DNA of 64,000 nucleotides from assembly GCF_018350175.1 (NCBI RefSeq), contig NC_058368.1:153390001-153454000 (forward strand), read 5' to 3'. The position numbers were made by a program, and so were the translations under genes. The notes below the pieces were generated by a model. The model was given only the letters and a program-made list of their open reading frames with translations, did not search any database and was not told the origin of the DNA. This document shows, piece after piece, positions 1-12,315 of the stretch. Position 1 is the first letter of the stretch, and each line of letters opens with the position of its first letter. This DNA is from Felis catus (Eukaryota).

Positions 1-674
1 TTGCGTATCTACTACAGTAGGCTGCAAAACATACAGCAAGAAGGATTGGCTTGAAGGCATTTGATGTTTGTAAATAAATCCACAATAGGATCCAAGCTGA
101 AGAGGTGATACATGGTCAGCCTAGTAGGACATTTCTGAGCATGTGCATACGCAGGTAAAGTCCAGGCTATATTAAATTAAAAAAAAAGTCAGTGCGTTTT
201 TTTCATGTTAAAGTTTTTTCAAAGCTTTCTTTTGTTCCTTGTTGTGCTGACCACAAACAAGTTTTTAAAGAGTATCAAGAGTCTGGCATAAATGGAAAAA
301 AAAAAAGCTGTAGTGACATCGGAACTGCACAATGTAAGCATTGAGCATGTGCAAATTTTCAAATCAAAAGAAGGAAATCATCCCTCTTTACAACGTGGTG
401 TCTTGACACGTATGACCATAGGCTAAGAAGACTGCTCTTAATATGTGCCTGTTTTAAAGGAGAAAAGCTTAGATCTTCAAGCATGTTGGAGCAGTCCCAG
501 AATGTTGCTGTAGGCTTCTAAAGCATGATCACTGGTTGTTTCATGTATCTGCCATTTTTCTGGGCAAAAGCAATTCCACTTCCTCTGAAAACGTGTCTCC
601 AAGATACTTCTCTGTCCCCAGCTGGGAAGAGATACAGTTCAGAACCCACATCAAGTTGATCTAACACAGTTCCT
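1..674 (-). other. ARRDC3: ARRDC3 3'UTR (partial, probably continues beyond the window)
   Basis: Directly downstream of the stop codon; repeat-free and AU-rich. Confidence 0.85.
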
Positions 675-731
675 TCAACGAGAGGGGCAGGATGGTCTAT
701 CATCTGCTGACTGATCAGGGTTTGGATCAAT
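675..731 (-). CDS. ARRDC3: ARRDC3 exon 8 coding part (57 nt; IDPNPDQSADDRPSCPSR*)
   Basis: AG acceptor at 733-732 after a poly-pyrimidine tract; TGA at 677-675. Exon lengths sum to 1245 nt = 414 aa + stop. Confidence 0.96.
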   Translation of the reverse strand: MDPNPDQSADDRPSCPSR

Positions 732-2113
732 CTATAAAAAGAAAAGTGAAAAAAAAATAGTTATTTGATAAGGTCTAGTAAAAATGCAGCTAATGACTAA
801 CATTTTGAGTACCACTGAGGAATTTAATCAGAAAGAACATACGCAGCATTTAAGGGAAGAAAGGATACTAGTATTATCTATAAAGTGTCTTAGATTTAAT
901 TACTAGGTTAATAATAAAATTTATAAAGGTATGCCCAAATAGTTCTCTTTTCCAAAAGGTAATGGTGAAATTTTATCAGAGAATGGGGTTTTACTCTGCA
1001 CTTAGTAGGAACGAAGACTCAAATACACAATGGAAAACATCTTCATAGCAATGATCTCCTTTTATGAAGTATCCCTTTTATCCTTTTACAAAAAAGTCAA
1101 CTCCTCTCTTTTCTAGGCTTTGAGAAGAATGCAGTTGTGTAAAACCCCAGAGGGCCTAGAAAAACAGTGTGTATCAAGAAATAATGCTGAACCCAAAATG
1201 CTCTACAGTCTTCCCACCTTCTCTATTTCTACAGTGACTTTCATATGCACATACATTTAAGCAACGTGAGTATATTTCAGCTGTTTCTCAGCTAGAAAGA
1301 GAATTGACATAGGAAGGCAAATAGCTGCCTTTAATACGTTCCTTTTTGTGAGACATCGTTTGGGCAACACCCATTTTTACTTGTATTTAAATGTGGCACA
1401 GTCCAAAGTGCCTCAGAAACTTTAGGTAAAACACATTTTTAGAGGAAAAAAAGCATCTACCTTTTAATGACTTAAAAGAGACAAAAAAAAAAATCACTGT
1501 AATACAATCTAGAACTCCTCCCCCCATGCGGCTATTAAATCACACTTTGAACCAATTTAGGGTTTTAAAAGTTTTTAAATTCCCTTAATTATCTTAGTTC
1601 ACTTTAAAAGAAGGAAGTAGAATTTTACTACAAATTGCTTAGATTGTCATTCTTTTAAAATGCCTGTTGTACAGCCAGAAGGCCTCAGATCAAATCAGTA
1701 GTGACTGACTTAAGACAGAAACATCAGTGTAGAAATGTAATAAAATCTGTAAGTGGGAGAACATTTTTAACATTGTAAGGGAAATTTTATGAAATAGAAT
1801 AGTAGGATAGAAAACCATAAGAATTTACAAAAACAAATTCTAAATATTCTACATTTCAATGAGTAAAGTGGATCTCCTATTAACCACATTCAAAGGAAAA
1901 CACACTCTTCTGGCAATGATGTTAAGGGAGAAAAGGAGCAATTTCTTGCAGAGTGAAACAATCCCATTATGTCTTATTTGAGAGTAATAATACATAGTAA
2001 AATTGCTAAACTATGATAACCAAAAGGATTAGGTTGATTCCAGTGATTTACAAAACTATTTAGTATTATACTGGTATCAAGGGCAACTTTAAAGCCCTTC
2101 AAACATGTATGTA

Positions 2114-2318
2114 TTTTTAAAAAAAATTTTTAATGTGTATTTATTTTTGAGAGACAGAGACAGAGCACGAGCAAGGGAGGGGCAGAGAGAGAGGGAGACA
2201 CAGAATCTGAAGCAGGCTCCAGGCGCTGAGCTGTCAGCACAGAGCCTGACATGGGGCTCGAACTCACAAACTGTGAGACCATGACCTGAGCCAAGTCAGC
2301 AAAGCCACCCAGGCGCCC
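2114..2318 (-). mobile_element. CanSINE in ARRDC3 intron 7 (sense to the gene)
   Basis: tRNA-derived head, CT-rich segment and A tail; partial TSD ttcaaacat. Confidence 0.92.
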
Positions 2319-2831
2319 TGTTCAAACATATATTAAGATATATTCTGAAGTATCCCGAAATTGCTGGCTTTCTACCCTGCCTCCTTGCCTTCCACATGCT
2401 GTTTTTCCTGCCTGGACTGTATTACTTTTTGAGGACTACTTATTTTGAAGATCTGACTTAATAATCACCTTCTCAGGGAAGACTTTCCTGATTCCCAAGT
2501 CCTAATGAACTGTTCTCAAATGAACTGCATACATTCCTATCATACTATTATGGAATATTTCATCTCTAAATTTGTTCTTCTCACTAGTCTATGAGCTTCT
2601 CTCAAGTAAGGGCCATGTTTTATTCACCTACATGCTTGGTGGTCATCAATGGGAGATGAATAGAAATGTTTGTCTAACATGTTTTTGCACATGTTCTTTT
2701 CCCCTATGACTGTTAAAATATGCAAGAATTAAACTTGAAAAGGCTGATGAGTAAGATGAATTAAAGCTACTGAATTAATTTATGGTTGCAAAATGCCACT
2801 TCTATTGATGCTTAAAATATGAATTAGTCCT

Positions 2832-3046
2832 GGGGTGCCTGGTTGACTCAGTCTGTTGAGCATCTGACTCTTGATTTTGGCTCAGGTCATGATGTCATGG
2901 TTTGTGAGTTCAAACCCCGTATCAGGCTCTGCGCTGACAGTGCAGAACCTGCTTGGGATTCTCTGTAAAGCTCTCTTTGTGCCCCTTCCTCCATGTGCTT
3001 GCTCTCTCTCTCTCTCTCAAAATAAATATAAATAAGCTTAAAAAAA
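2832..3046 (+). mobile_element. CanSINE in ARRDC3 intron 7 (antisense to the gene)
   Basis: ggggtgcctgg head; TSD atgaattagtcct/atgaattattcct. Confidence 0.92.
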
Positions 3047-3312
3047 TGAATTATTCCTTTAACTGACATTCTGTGAGCATGAGACTGGACCACTATCCCT
3101 GTTTCCCCAATAATATGAGTCCTACTTATTAAAGTTAAGAATGAAACTTATTTAAATCTGGACAACCATAATTTAATGCTTAATCCTGTTGTTTTAAATT
3201 ATTTTTCTATAAATATGATGCTAATCAAAACTGAACTACATTTTTAAAAAAGTCTACAATAGTATTTCCCAGGAGAGCTAGCCTATTTCATACTTGAGAA
3301 GCTAGTGCTTAC

Positions 3313-3467
3313 CTCTGAATAAAGAGGTGGAGGCAAGAACCGAAACTCCTGGATATAAGCAAACAGTGGTCCTTGAAGCGCTCTCTCAAAGTCATCACAA
3401 GCACTCACTGGTGCAAGATTGTTCCGCCTTTGTTCCTCTGTTACCACTTCTGCATAGCTGGGTGGTG
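3313..3467 (-). CDS. ARRDC3: ARRDC3 exon 7 (155 nt; APPSYAEVV...FLPPPLYSE), carrying both PPxY WW-binding motifs
   Basis: AG/GT boundaries. PPSY and PPLY motifs are typical of alpha-arrestin adaptors for NEDD4-family ligases. Confidence 0.97.
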
Positions 3468-3719
3468 CTGAAGGAAAAAGATACACGCAATTCGAACAGC
3501 ATGTTCTTATGCATGTCAAAATACACAGAATAATAGATATTAAAAAAGAATGTCAAGATAAAAAAAATAATTTTTTGTTTTGTGATCAAAACTACAGGGA
3601 TGTAGGTTTTAAATCTAACATTAGGGACACATCTACTGTCTGCAGGTATAGACAAAAGTGTATCTATAAAATATTAGAAGCAAAATTATGTTCTTGAAAA
3701 TATTAAGAAATTAAGCTTA

Positions 3720-3902
<183 letters not shown>

Positions 3903-4238
3903 CTAAACATTGAAAAAAGATGTTAGGCTTAGAATTCCAAGTATTATTTCTTTTTTAAAAACTAATAACCCAATTTTAATGTTGAAGCCTTCATTTACTT
4001 TGTTTCTTAGTTATATATACGTAAAACATACTAGAAATTTTTCTCTAGTTACGTATAATACTGTATAGTACGTTTACACGTGAGGTAAACGATTAATTAT
4101 AAACCAAATTTAGTATTTACATATATTTTTATATATCATATATGGAATATAAAAATCAAATCCTGGATATAAGACAAAATAATATCCTCATGACTTTAAT
4201 ACTAAATAACAACAACAAACCCTTAACTCTATACATAC

Positions 4239-4495
4239 CATTAGTGAATATTCCACACGAATTATGCTACAGTCGAGGATAGAGGGAGAAACTGGTGGAA
4301 TTTTCAGCAACTTTCCATTCCAGGTATCTGTCTTTCCAGATGATAAGGATTCCCCACGTAAGTTAGCCACAAGCTGTTTTACTTCCTTCATTTTCCCTTT
4401 GGCATAGAAGGCCTGTGTTTGGTAAATGGCTGCCTTTGGCACTACCATTCGGGAAGAGCAGTTTTCAATCTCAGCAAATATCTGAATTGATTCAC
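4239..4495 (-). CDS. ARRDC3: ARRDC3 exon 5 (257 nt; ESIQIFAEIENCSSRMVVPKAAIY...IRVEYSLM)
   Basis: AG/GT boundaries; overlaps ORF-track 4188..4448. Confidence 0.97.
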
Positions 4496-4795
4496 CTAGA
4501 GAAAAAAAATATGTATCTACTGTTAAAAAAGCAGAAAAAGGTAAAACAAACCCAAAAATGGATTCTTAAGAACTTAAAATGTAAGCTCATTGCTCTACAT
4601 GGACTACATGGACAAAAAACTGTCCCAAAAGCAGGAAGTAATTTAGAATTATGAAAAAGAACTACTCATTTACAGTAGCTATTTAAAAATGGACACTACA
4701 TTCCAATTTATGAAAGAAAACTGAGTTATTTTACTAAAGAATACTATATTATGTTTGCATTTAGAGACATTCCATAAATTTATATATAAAAACTA

Positions 4796-4999
<204 letters not shown>

Positions 5000-5913
5000 T
5001 TAATATAAAAATCCCAAATTCTTGGAGAATTAAAATTAAAAGCAGTGTTGCTTTTTTTCTAAGTGTATCCAAATGTACTTCAAAAAAAACCTAACTGATG
5101 GCTCCTGAATTATACAACTATTTTTGTTTATATATAAATTTCCATTCAATTAAAAAAAGGGGTACAAGGTTTAACATCACATTCCATAAACAAAGTTTTA
5201 CATATACAGTAATTAAAAACTAACCATCCAAACAAACAAAAAAACCCTTTCCACATAAACTGCCTTTAAAAAAAAAGGCAGCTTAGAAAGCAGTTTGGTT
5301 ATAATCCCAAATGTTAACATCTTTCTTTAAGAATGTAACAATCAATTAATTATGTGAAAAAAGGAAAACTCTCATTTTTAATGTTATTTGCTTGAAGATG
5401 TTATCATTTGTTTAAACCAAATAAAGTTTTTAAAGTCAAATTTGAATCTTGTGGAAAAATGCAATTAAAAAGAATTGCTTTTAAAATGGAATTGTTTTTT
5501 CATCAAAGTGACAAAATCTCCCCAACATTTGACAACTATCCCTATGTTGGAAGAATGCAATGTGAATTTTAGATTATGATCTTTTCATGGTAAGTGATAT
5601 GGTCTTATAATAATAACTGATACTACTGTTCCTCTTCTGCTAGAATTATCCAAGGAACAGATCTATTTTTTGTTATTGTTATCTTTTGAATAAGAGTTAT
5701 TTCATACCATATGCTGAAGTTATTACAGTGTCAGAAAATATGAGCATACTTTTCGCTAATTTGTGTGCTCTTGACTGTATTTTTAAAATAAATATTAAAA
5801 AATAAATAGTTATGAATTTTAAAATAAATCACAATTTAAAATTTATACGTATTGCATAGTTTAGGTGATTATTCTTTAATATTTATATGCTGAAAACAAG
5901 AATGAAGAATTCA

Positions 5914-6099
<186 letters not shown>

Positions 6100-6970
6100 T
6101 TAATTTTATACCTCTTTTTAATAATTATACAGCAGGTCAGCATATAGAAGTGTTACTACAGGGCACTGTTTATTATCAATGAGGTATCAAACATAGAATT
6201 TTTTTAATTTCCAAAGGGATAAGTCATTGGGGGAAAAAAATCTTCTGTTTTCCAAATGACAATAGCTAACAGTTAATATTATAGTAATTTTGCTTAAAAA
6301 AGCCAGAAGAATACAATCCCTTTAAACTAAGAAGAAGCTACTTTTAATGCTGGTGGCAAAATTATGCAAGTTTGGAAATGAACAATTCTTGAAAGATCAA
6401 AGTTTAATCTAAAAATGAAGTTAAGAATGGTTTAAGTATTTCTATTAAGAAATTCTACCCACTGGCTAGAAATCTCTTTTTGTAGTAACTAATTAAGAAG
6501 GTCTAGAAAAGGCATAGGCCATTTGTTATAATTTTAAAAAACTTGCATTTTATAGGTCTACTGAAACTCTAAAAAGCTGGTTTCCCATTTCCTAGTTTAC
6601 TCATATTCTAACTCTTTTTGGCCACGTTTTCTAACTTTATAGGTTTAAAAAGAAAAAGAAACATTTCTGTTAATCTGTGTCAAGAAAATCAGAAGTGTTT
6701 TTCAATTCTCCCAAATTTTATTAATTGTGGAAGGTTTTATTTCGGTAGGCTTAGTTTTTTTTTTTTTCTTCTTTCATAATTTCCTTAGAAAAATGCCCAG
6801 GGTTCAGTTATGTATAAGGTACAGTGCTAACTTAGATTGGCATGAGAAGTAGTGTTGTTTTTACAGATATTTTTGTATTTTAGACTCCCGTATTAACGTG
6901 TATAGCACAGAAAAATAAAATGCAGTATTTATGTTAGTCTTCCAGACTTTATTTTAAATGACCTTGATTT

Positions 6971-7139
6971 GGGGTGCCTGGGTGGCTCAGTCAAACATCT
7001 GACTCTTGATTTTGGATCAGGTCGAGACCTCACGGTTTGTGGGATTGAGCCCCATGTCCGGCTCTGAGCTGACAGTGCAGAGCCTGCTTTGGATTCGCTC
7101 TCCCTCTTTTTCTCTCAAAATAAATAAACATTAAAAAAA
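6971..7139 (+). mobile_element. CanSINE in ARRDC3 intron 2 (internally deleted)
   Basis: Head and tail present; TSD aatgaccttgattt/aatgaccttggttt. Confidence 0.9.
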
Positions 7140-7986
7140 GTTAATGACCTTGGTTTACAGATTTTTAAAAAACATATAAATATTAAATTACCTTCACCCT
7201 GAGAAATATTCAGGCCCAGTATTAGCATTATATTCACACTTGCAGTATGTCTCTTAAAAAGTAGATTAGGGCATGGAGGAAATAGAATATTCTGAAAAAT
7301 ACCATTTATGAACTATTCGCATGTAACTCAAGTACTAGAATTATCAAAGATATTAAAAAATTGAGGGGAGTATTTATTTTTTAACGATCTATTTTTATGT
7401 TAAGAATAAACCACTTTGTTTTCTTCTTCCATACTATATTCCAAGCCTTATATTTAGGTACATGATGGGTGTTTCCTTTTAAGTTCAGATCATATAGTAT
7501 CTCTTTTGGGACCTTTTCAATCAGCTCTTTGCACAGAAGCTGAATCCGTATCTAAAGAACATCACTTCTAAAGTTAATCTATTCCTAATTATTTTTATCT
7601 TTTTAGTTTACTGCTGTTGGTTAGCATTAGCAGAAAAGACTTGATATGTTCTATGTTTCTGCTAGTACCAATTGATGATAAATAAAGTACTTATAAAATG
7701 GTTACTATTTGAGCAGAATCTTCTAATTCACTCACGTTAGGTGAAATACTATTCAAGTTTTAAAAACCTCACAGATCTTGAGACAAAGTACTAAGAATTG
7801 AGCTTTGCTTTCTATAATTTTGCCAGGCTAGATTAAAAAGTAGCTACTTCTTTCAGTGTATTGTTTTCCTCTAGCAACATTCAATAATGAAAAGGGTTTT
7901 TTTTTAAACTAAAAATATTTAAATTTAGAATAATTTTAATTTTAAAAGAATGGAGGTTTATGAAGAATGCCTGTTATAATACTTAC

Positions 7987-8068
7987 GTCTGTGGAAGCTC
8001 GAAGCTGAATGCATATTCATGCCTTCCTGAATGAATAGTGTTGAAGCCTTCTTCGGAATTATCATCAT
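7987..8068 (-). CDS. ARRDC3: ARRDC3 exon 2 (82 nt; DDDNSEEGFNTIHSGRHEYAFSFELPQT)
   Basis: AG acceptor at 8070-8069 and GT donor at 7986-7985; frame is continuous with exon 1. Confidence 0.97.
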
Positions 8069-8164
8069 CTTAAAACAAACAAAAAGGAAAAAAAAGCTTG
8101 ACGTTAAACCTTTGCACACTCCTCACAGTGGCATAACTTTAAAGATACTCCTATAACAATTAAG

Positions 8165-8370
8165 GCCGCGAGCTTTGTAGTCTGAGAGGTCTTAATGCCA
8201 ATTCTTACTTTGGTTACTTCCCCTGGGTGAAATACAAATCCTGAGACTTCAGTTGCCTCATCTGTAAGATGGGGATATTAACACTTCTACCCCAAAGGCA
8301 AGTATTTTCATGGTATATGAGCCAACTCTACAGGATCTGCATCCAATACAGTACATGCTCAACAAAAAGA
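8165..8370. mobile_element. MIR in ARRDC3 intron 1
   Basis: MIR core 'cttcagttgcctcatctgtaagatgggg'. Confidence 0.6.
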
Positions 8371-9329
8371 GGAAGAGCTCAAATTTCACACTAAGATGTT
8401 ATCTTGGTCTCCAATGGTTTATTTAAGATTATGAGACATATAATAAAAACTGGGTAAACCTTTCAAGTCTGTCAGTTTTGATACAGATGAAATGAATGTT
8501 ATAATTCTAAAACCATTAGAAAACTTTGTCAAATGTTGACGTTAAAAAGAAAAACGGAACAGTGATTTTAATGTCAGTTTCAAAGCTAAAAATAAAAATT
8601 ATTTATTGACCCTAAAATGATGACCACACTCAGTTTGTCCTAGCGACAGCTAAAAATGTGCAGACATATATTAAAAAAACCCTTAAATAGCTTTAAGATC
8701 TTTTAAAGGTTGCCTGCTTACGGGGAAACACGTTCTACATCCTTTCAAAAATGAACTCCAATTAGGTTGTTTCCAATTTCCAGATGTATGACCTTTCATT
8801 TTATAACCAATTTCTTTTGGCCAAAGAGCTTATTTTAAAAATTTCTCCACAATAAATATACGTAATGAAAATACGGGCGGGGATTCTGGATTCTTAAAAT
8901 GACTTTTCTTAGCCTTCTAAATATTATAATTACATAAATGTCTTATTATTAACGTACTTTTTAGTGTAGACACCATCATTTACCATGAGAGGAGACGAGA
9001 TTGGTAAAATCATTTAACTTTCCCTCACCAAAAAGTATCGAAGGTACACAAAAAACGTGATGCTTCCCTTACATCACAGGGAGAAAAGGAAAAAAGCGCG
9101 TCTATATGTGGATACTTTTATTCAAAACCCACGATGATTCCCTCATATCTCAGTACTATTTTCCTCGTCCCCTGTGCAAATCCTCTGAACGAATTTCAGC
9201 ACTGAAAATTGGCTGGTGAGTTGGGGGCCATGTACACTCGCTCCCCTCGAAGGCGCCCAAAGTTTGCCTCCCTCTCCTTTTCTTCCCTTCTCTCTCCCTT
9301 TTTGTGCCAGCTCAGCAGTCTCATTGAGG

Positions 9330-10440
9330 CGAGCTGCGGCGGCCGCGCCGTGGTAAACAAGTGCCGGGCTGTCAATCAAGAACTAGACCGGAGCAGGAGA
9401 GGACCGGCCTAAACCGGCGCGAGCAGATCCCAGCCGGCCCGCCCGCGCGCCGCCGCCGCCCGCGCGACCCGCTATACATACGGCATACGTCGCGCGGCGC
9501 TCGCGCTCGCGTTCGCGCAGCCTACCCTGCTGGGCTGGGGGCGGGGCGACCGCACCGCGGCGCTTCCGCTTTACACGCCCCAGCCGGTGACCGGTTCGAT
9601 CTGGCTCGGGCCACCCTGACACCTTTACAGTTGCGGAGAGGGAAACTGGGGCGGGGTGGGGGGTGGGCAGGGCTGCATAGTCCCCGGGAAACAATGGGGA
9701 GGGGCCAGGGAATACTCGCCAAGGCCCCGACCCCAGCTTTCGTTGTCAGTGGCACTTTTCCCTCTTCTCCTGGCCAGCCTTTACGGTCTGTCCCTCAGGT
9801 CAAATCAAGGTAGCCGGTCTGGGGGCTGCATAGGTCCACAACACGCTTTGTTTCAGCTCAGGGAATGAGCATTTACAGAAGCCAGCTGACATCTTCCAGC
9901 CGAGAACAGGAAAACGGGGTCCTGCTAACCCTGCCTACCCAAGTTCTTCAGAATAGAATTGTCAGCTGAAGTTACGCCCAGGGCCGTTCGGCACCTGTAA
10001 GGGCAGCAGGAGCTTCTCCCCCTCTACTCTGCTGAAACCCAAGATCGTTTTCTTTGGGGTCCCCAAGCAAGCCGAGGTGAGGGGCGACAACATTCCGTGA
10101 CATGAACCACGGCGCCTCCACAAGCTCGGGGAGGGATGCGAGTACGGGCGGGGGCGGCCACTCTGGAGGGACCTTTACCGGCGCACGCCGGTTCCAAGCC
10201 TCGCCCCAACCGGCGCGAGCCCACTCTCCCCACCCGCCCGCGCCCAATCCAATCAGAGCCTGGCATCGCCTTAGCAACAGGCTAACAAACGCGGCTCCGC
10301 CTATCGCCGGTCGCCCGGGGCGGGGTCTCAGTTACCAGGCTAGTTTGAGAGGTCCCACTTTTAAGTCATTGAAACTATTCCAGCTAAGAGCTCGTCCGCG
10401 CCTTGCAGGGGTTGAGGGGCATCTCGTTGGGGTACGGGGT
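9330..10440. promoter_or_regulatory. Intron-1 CpG island, putative antisense (ARRDC3-AS1-like) or alternative promoter
   Basis: Very high CpG density; GC boxes at ~9538, ~9648 and ~10317; tandem CCAAT at 10244-10253; TATACATA at 9473-9480. Confidence 0.8.
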
Positions 10441-12035
10441 ACATAGTTTTCTTTACCGTGAAATCATCGAGTAACTAATCAAACTGCGTTTGCCCCCATA
10501 AGTCGTTATTCTACTTTTATCCCACTGCAAACCTCAGCTCCTTAAAAACCTTTGTTTCTTAACCGTTTGATAAAAAGCTGCAATGTCCAGAAAGGTTCAA
10601 ACACAAACTCGTGTGCCTGCTTCTCAACAAATACCAAAGCTGTCATTAGGCATTTACATTTAACATCAGTCTTACTGCTCAGAAGGATTAACTAGAAATT
10701 ATTTCAGAATACAAATGACCTGTGTGTAACCGTGAAAACCCAACCAAAGAACCGATTTCATCTTAATCTATTAAAAAAAAATGAGTTAAATGCTGTAACT
10801 CCCAAGCATCCTTCATTTCGACACTTGCCTTAGTTCAATTAGCACTTCCTCAAGGATGTATATTTTTTAATATTAAAAAAGGTAAAGATGTCCTGTACTT
10901 TTTCAAAATCGTCAACATTTGAACTAAATACTGCATGAAAAAGGAGAAGCATAAAATTACATAACCAGTTTTAACATTATATTCTTCTTGGGCTAGGAAT
11001 TAAGTCATCGCCACCACCTGACGCGTGTAACCAATCTGCTGAGAGCAGAACAAGCGCCCCTCCTCACCACCCCCCAGAACTGGTCCGAAACAGGATTGAA
11101 CCGCTTCTAACAAAGGGTGGAAACTTAGAAAAACAAGCTTAGAGTCTCCTATATTTCCACAATGTAACCACTTAAACAATAGATTGGAAACCTTAGGACC
11201 CCTTCTCCCCTTGACAACCCTTCATCTTCCCTTTCTAACCAAAAATCAAATCCAATGTGCCGAATACTTTTCAATTCCATTTGACTGGCACCGGTTTCAT
11301 TGAATGCACGTTCCAAAGTTAGGCATCATACTCGGAAAAGAAAATTACTGACCCGAAATGGCTTCTAAAACTGATTTGAAACCTATCATAATGATAGACA
11401 CTATCCTTTAAAATAGAGAATGCTTGATGTAAATTATAAAGGATCTGGAAAGAATAGGGAAAAAACACGTGGGGTGTTGATGCCATATGTCAAAATAAGC
11501 CACAGAAATCCTTTATCAAAGAACAACGATCAATTCTTTAAAATATTTTGCGTGTCAATACTAAAAATGAAAACCACCTATTTACCCACTTAAAAATGTT
11601 ACTCCATTTCTTCACTGAAGCTTAGTTTTTTAAGATCTAAGGTTGCAGAGTACAAGGGGAAAAATCGAATACTGGACTGCAGATTTTAGCAATTCATTTG
11701 AAAACTTATTAGTAAAATTATTGAATGAGATTTAAGTAGAATTTACAAGTAAGATAGAAATGTATTCCAAGTGCGTATGGCACAGACCAAGCCGGGTATA
11801 GACAGAGGTAGTTGAATAAGTGCAGTTTGCAGTCACTTTGCAGATGCCTGCATGCATTACGGCTTAACACACGATGAATGTCAAGGAGAATCCCAATCTT
11901 CCAACTTTGCTAATCTTTATCAAACTGCTATGTGTTATGCCAGGAGTAGAATTAACACGAATTCAGGAAAATTGAAAAGGTACTTTTCCAAAGAAAATCA
12001 AGGTCTAATGATTTCTGTATAATATAAAAACTTAC

Positions 12036-12315
12036 CTCTTTCGTGTCCAATTAAGATGTCTTTATGGTTGAAATACTCTACTTCTTCAGTGTAATTCTGT
12101 GTATAGGCAGTATTGGAGCCGGCGTTTCTTGACTCGGTCCAGCGTACTTTCGCATGTCCTCTTGCATGAATTTTAAGAGATTTTACTCTGATTTCCCCAG
12201 TAACTTCTAAATTCACCCTTCCTGAGACTGTATCCCCACTAGAATACACAGGGACATTGCTGTCATTAAGACAGTCAAAGCTTATTGTCAAACTCTTCAC
12301 CTTTCCCAGCACCAT
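12036..12315 (-). CDS. ARRDC3: ARRDC3 coding exon 1 (280 nt; MVLGKVKSLT...ILIGHER), arrestin-N domain start
   Basis: ATG at 12315. The translation matches the ARRDC3 N-terminus as I recall it. GT donor at 12035-12034. Confidence 0.98.

Noticed and set aside
518..730. 70-aa ORF overlapping exon 8 as an alternative C-terminus
   Set aside because: It starts at TTG in a shifted frame. The exon 7-8 junction is phase 0 and gives IDPNPDQ...SR*, and there is no evidence for a shifted acceptor.
2832..2910. tRNA-like A/B boxes at SINE heads as tRNA genes
   Set aside because: They are CanSINE heads followed by CT-rich bodies, A tails and TSDs.
9143..10446. Several 70-150 aa ORFs on both strands in the intronic CpG island
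   Set aside because: Arg/Gly/Pro/Ala-rich low-complexity products, many with non-ATG starts. These are expected from stop-codon scarcity in GC-rich DNA and show no recognisable domain.
11466..11471. CACGTG E-box as a TXNIP/ARRDC4-type carbohydrate response element
   Set aside because: No second E-box 5 nt away; a single hexamer is uninformative.
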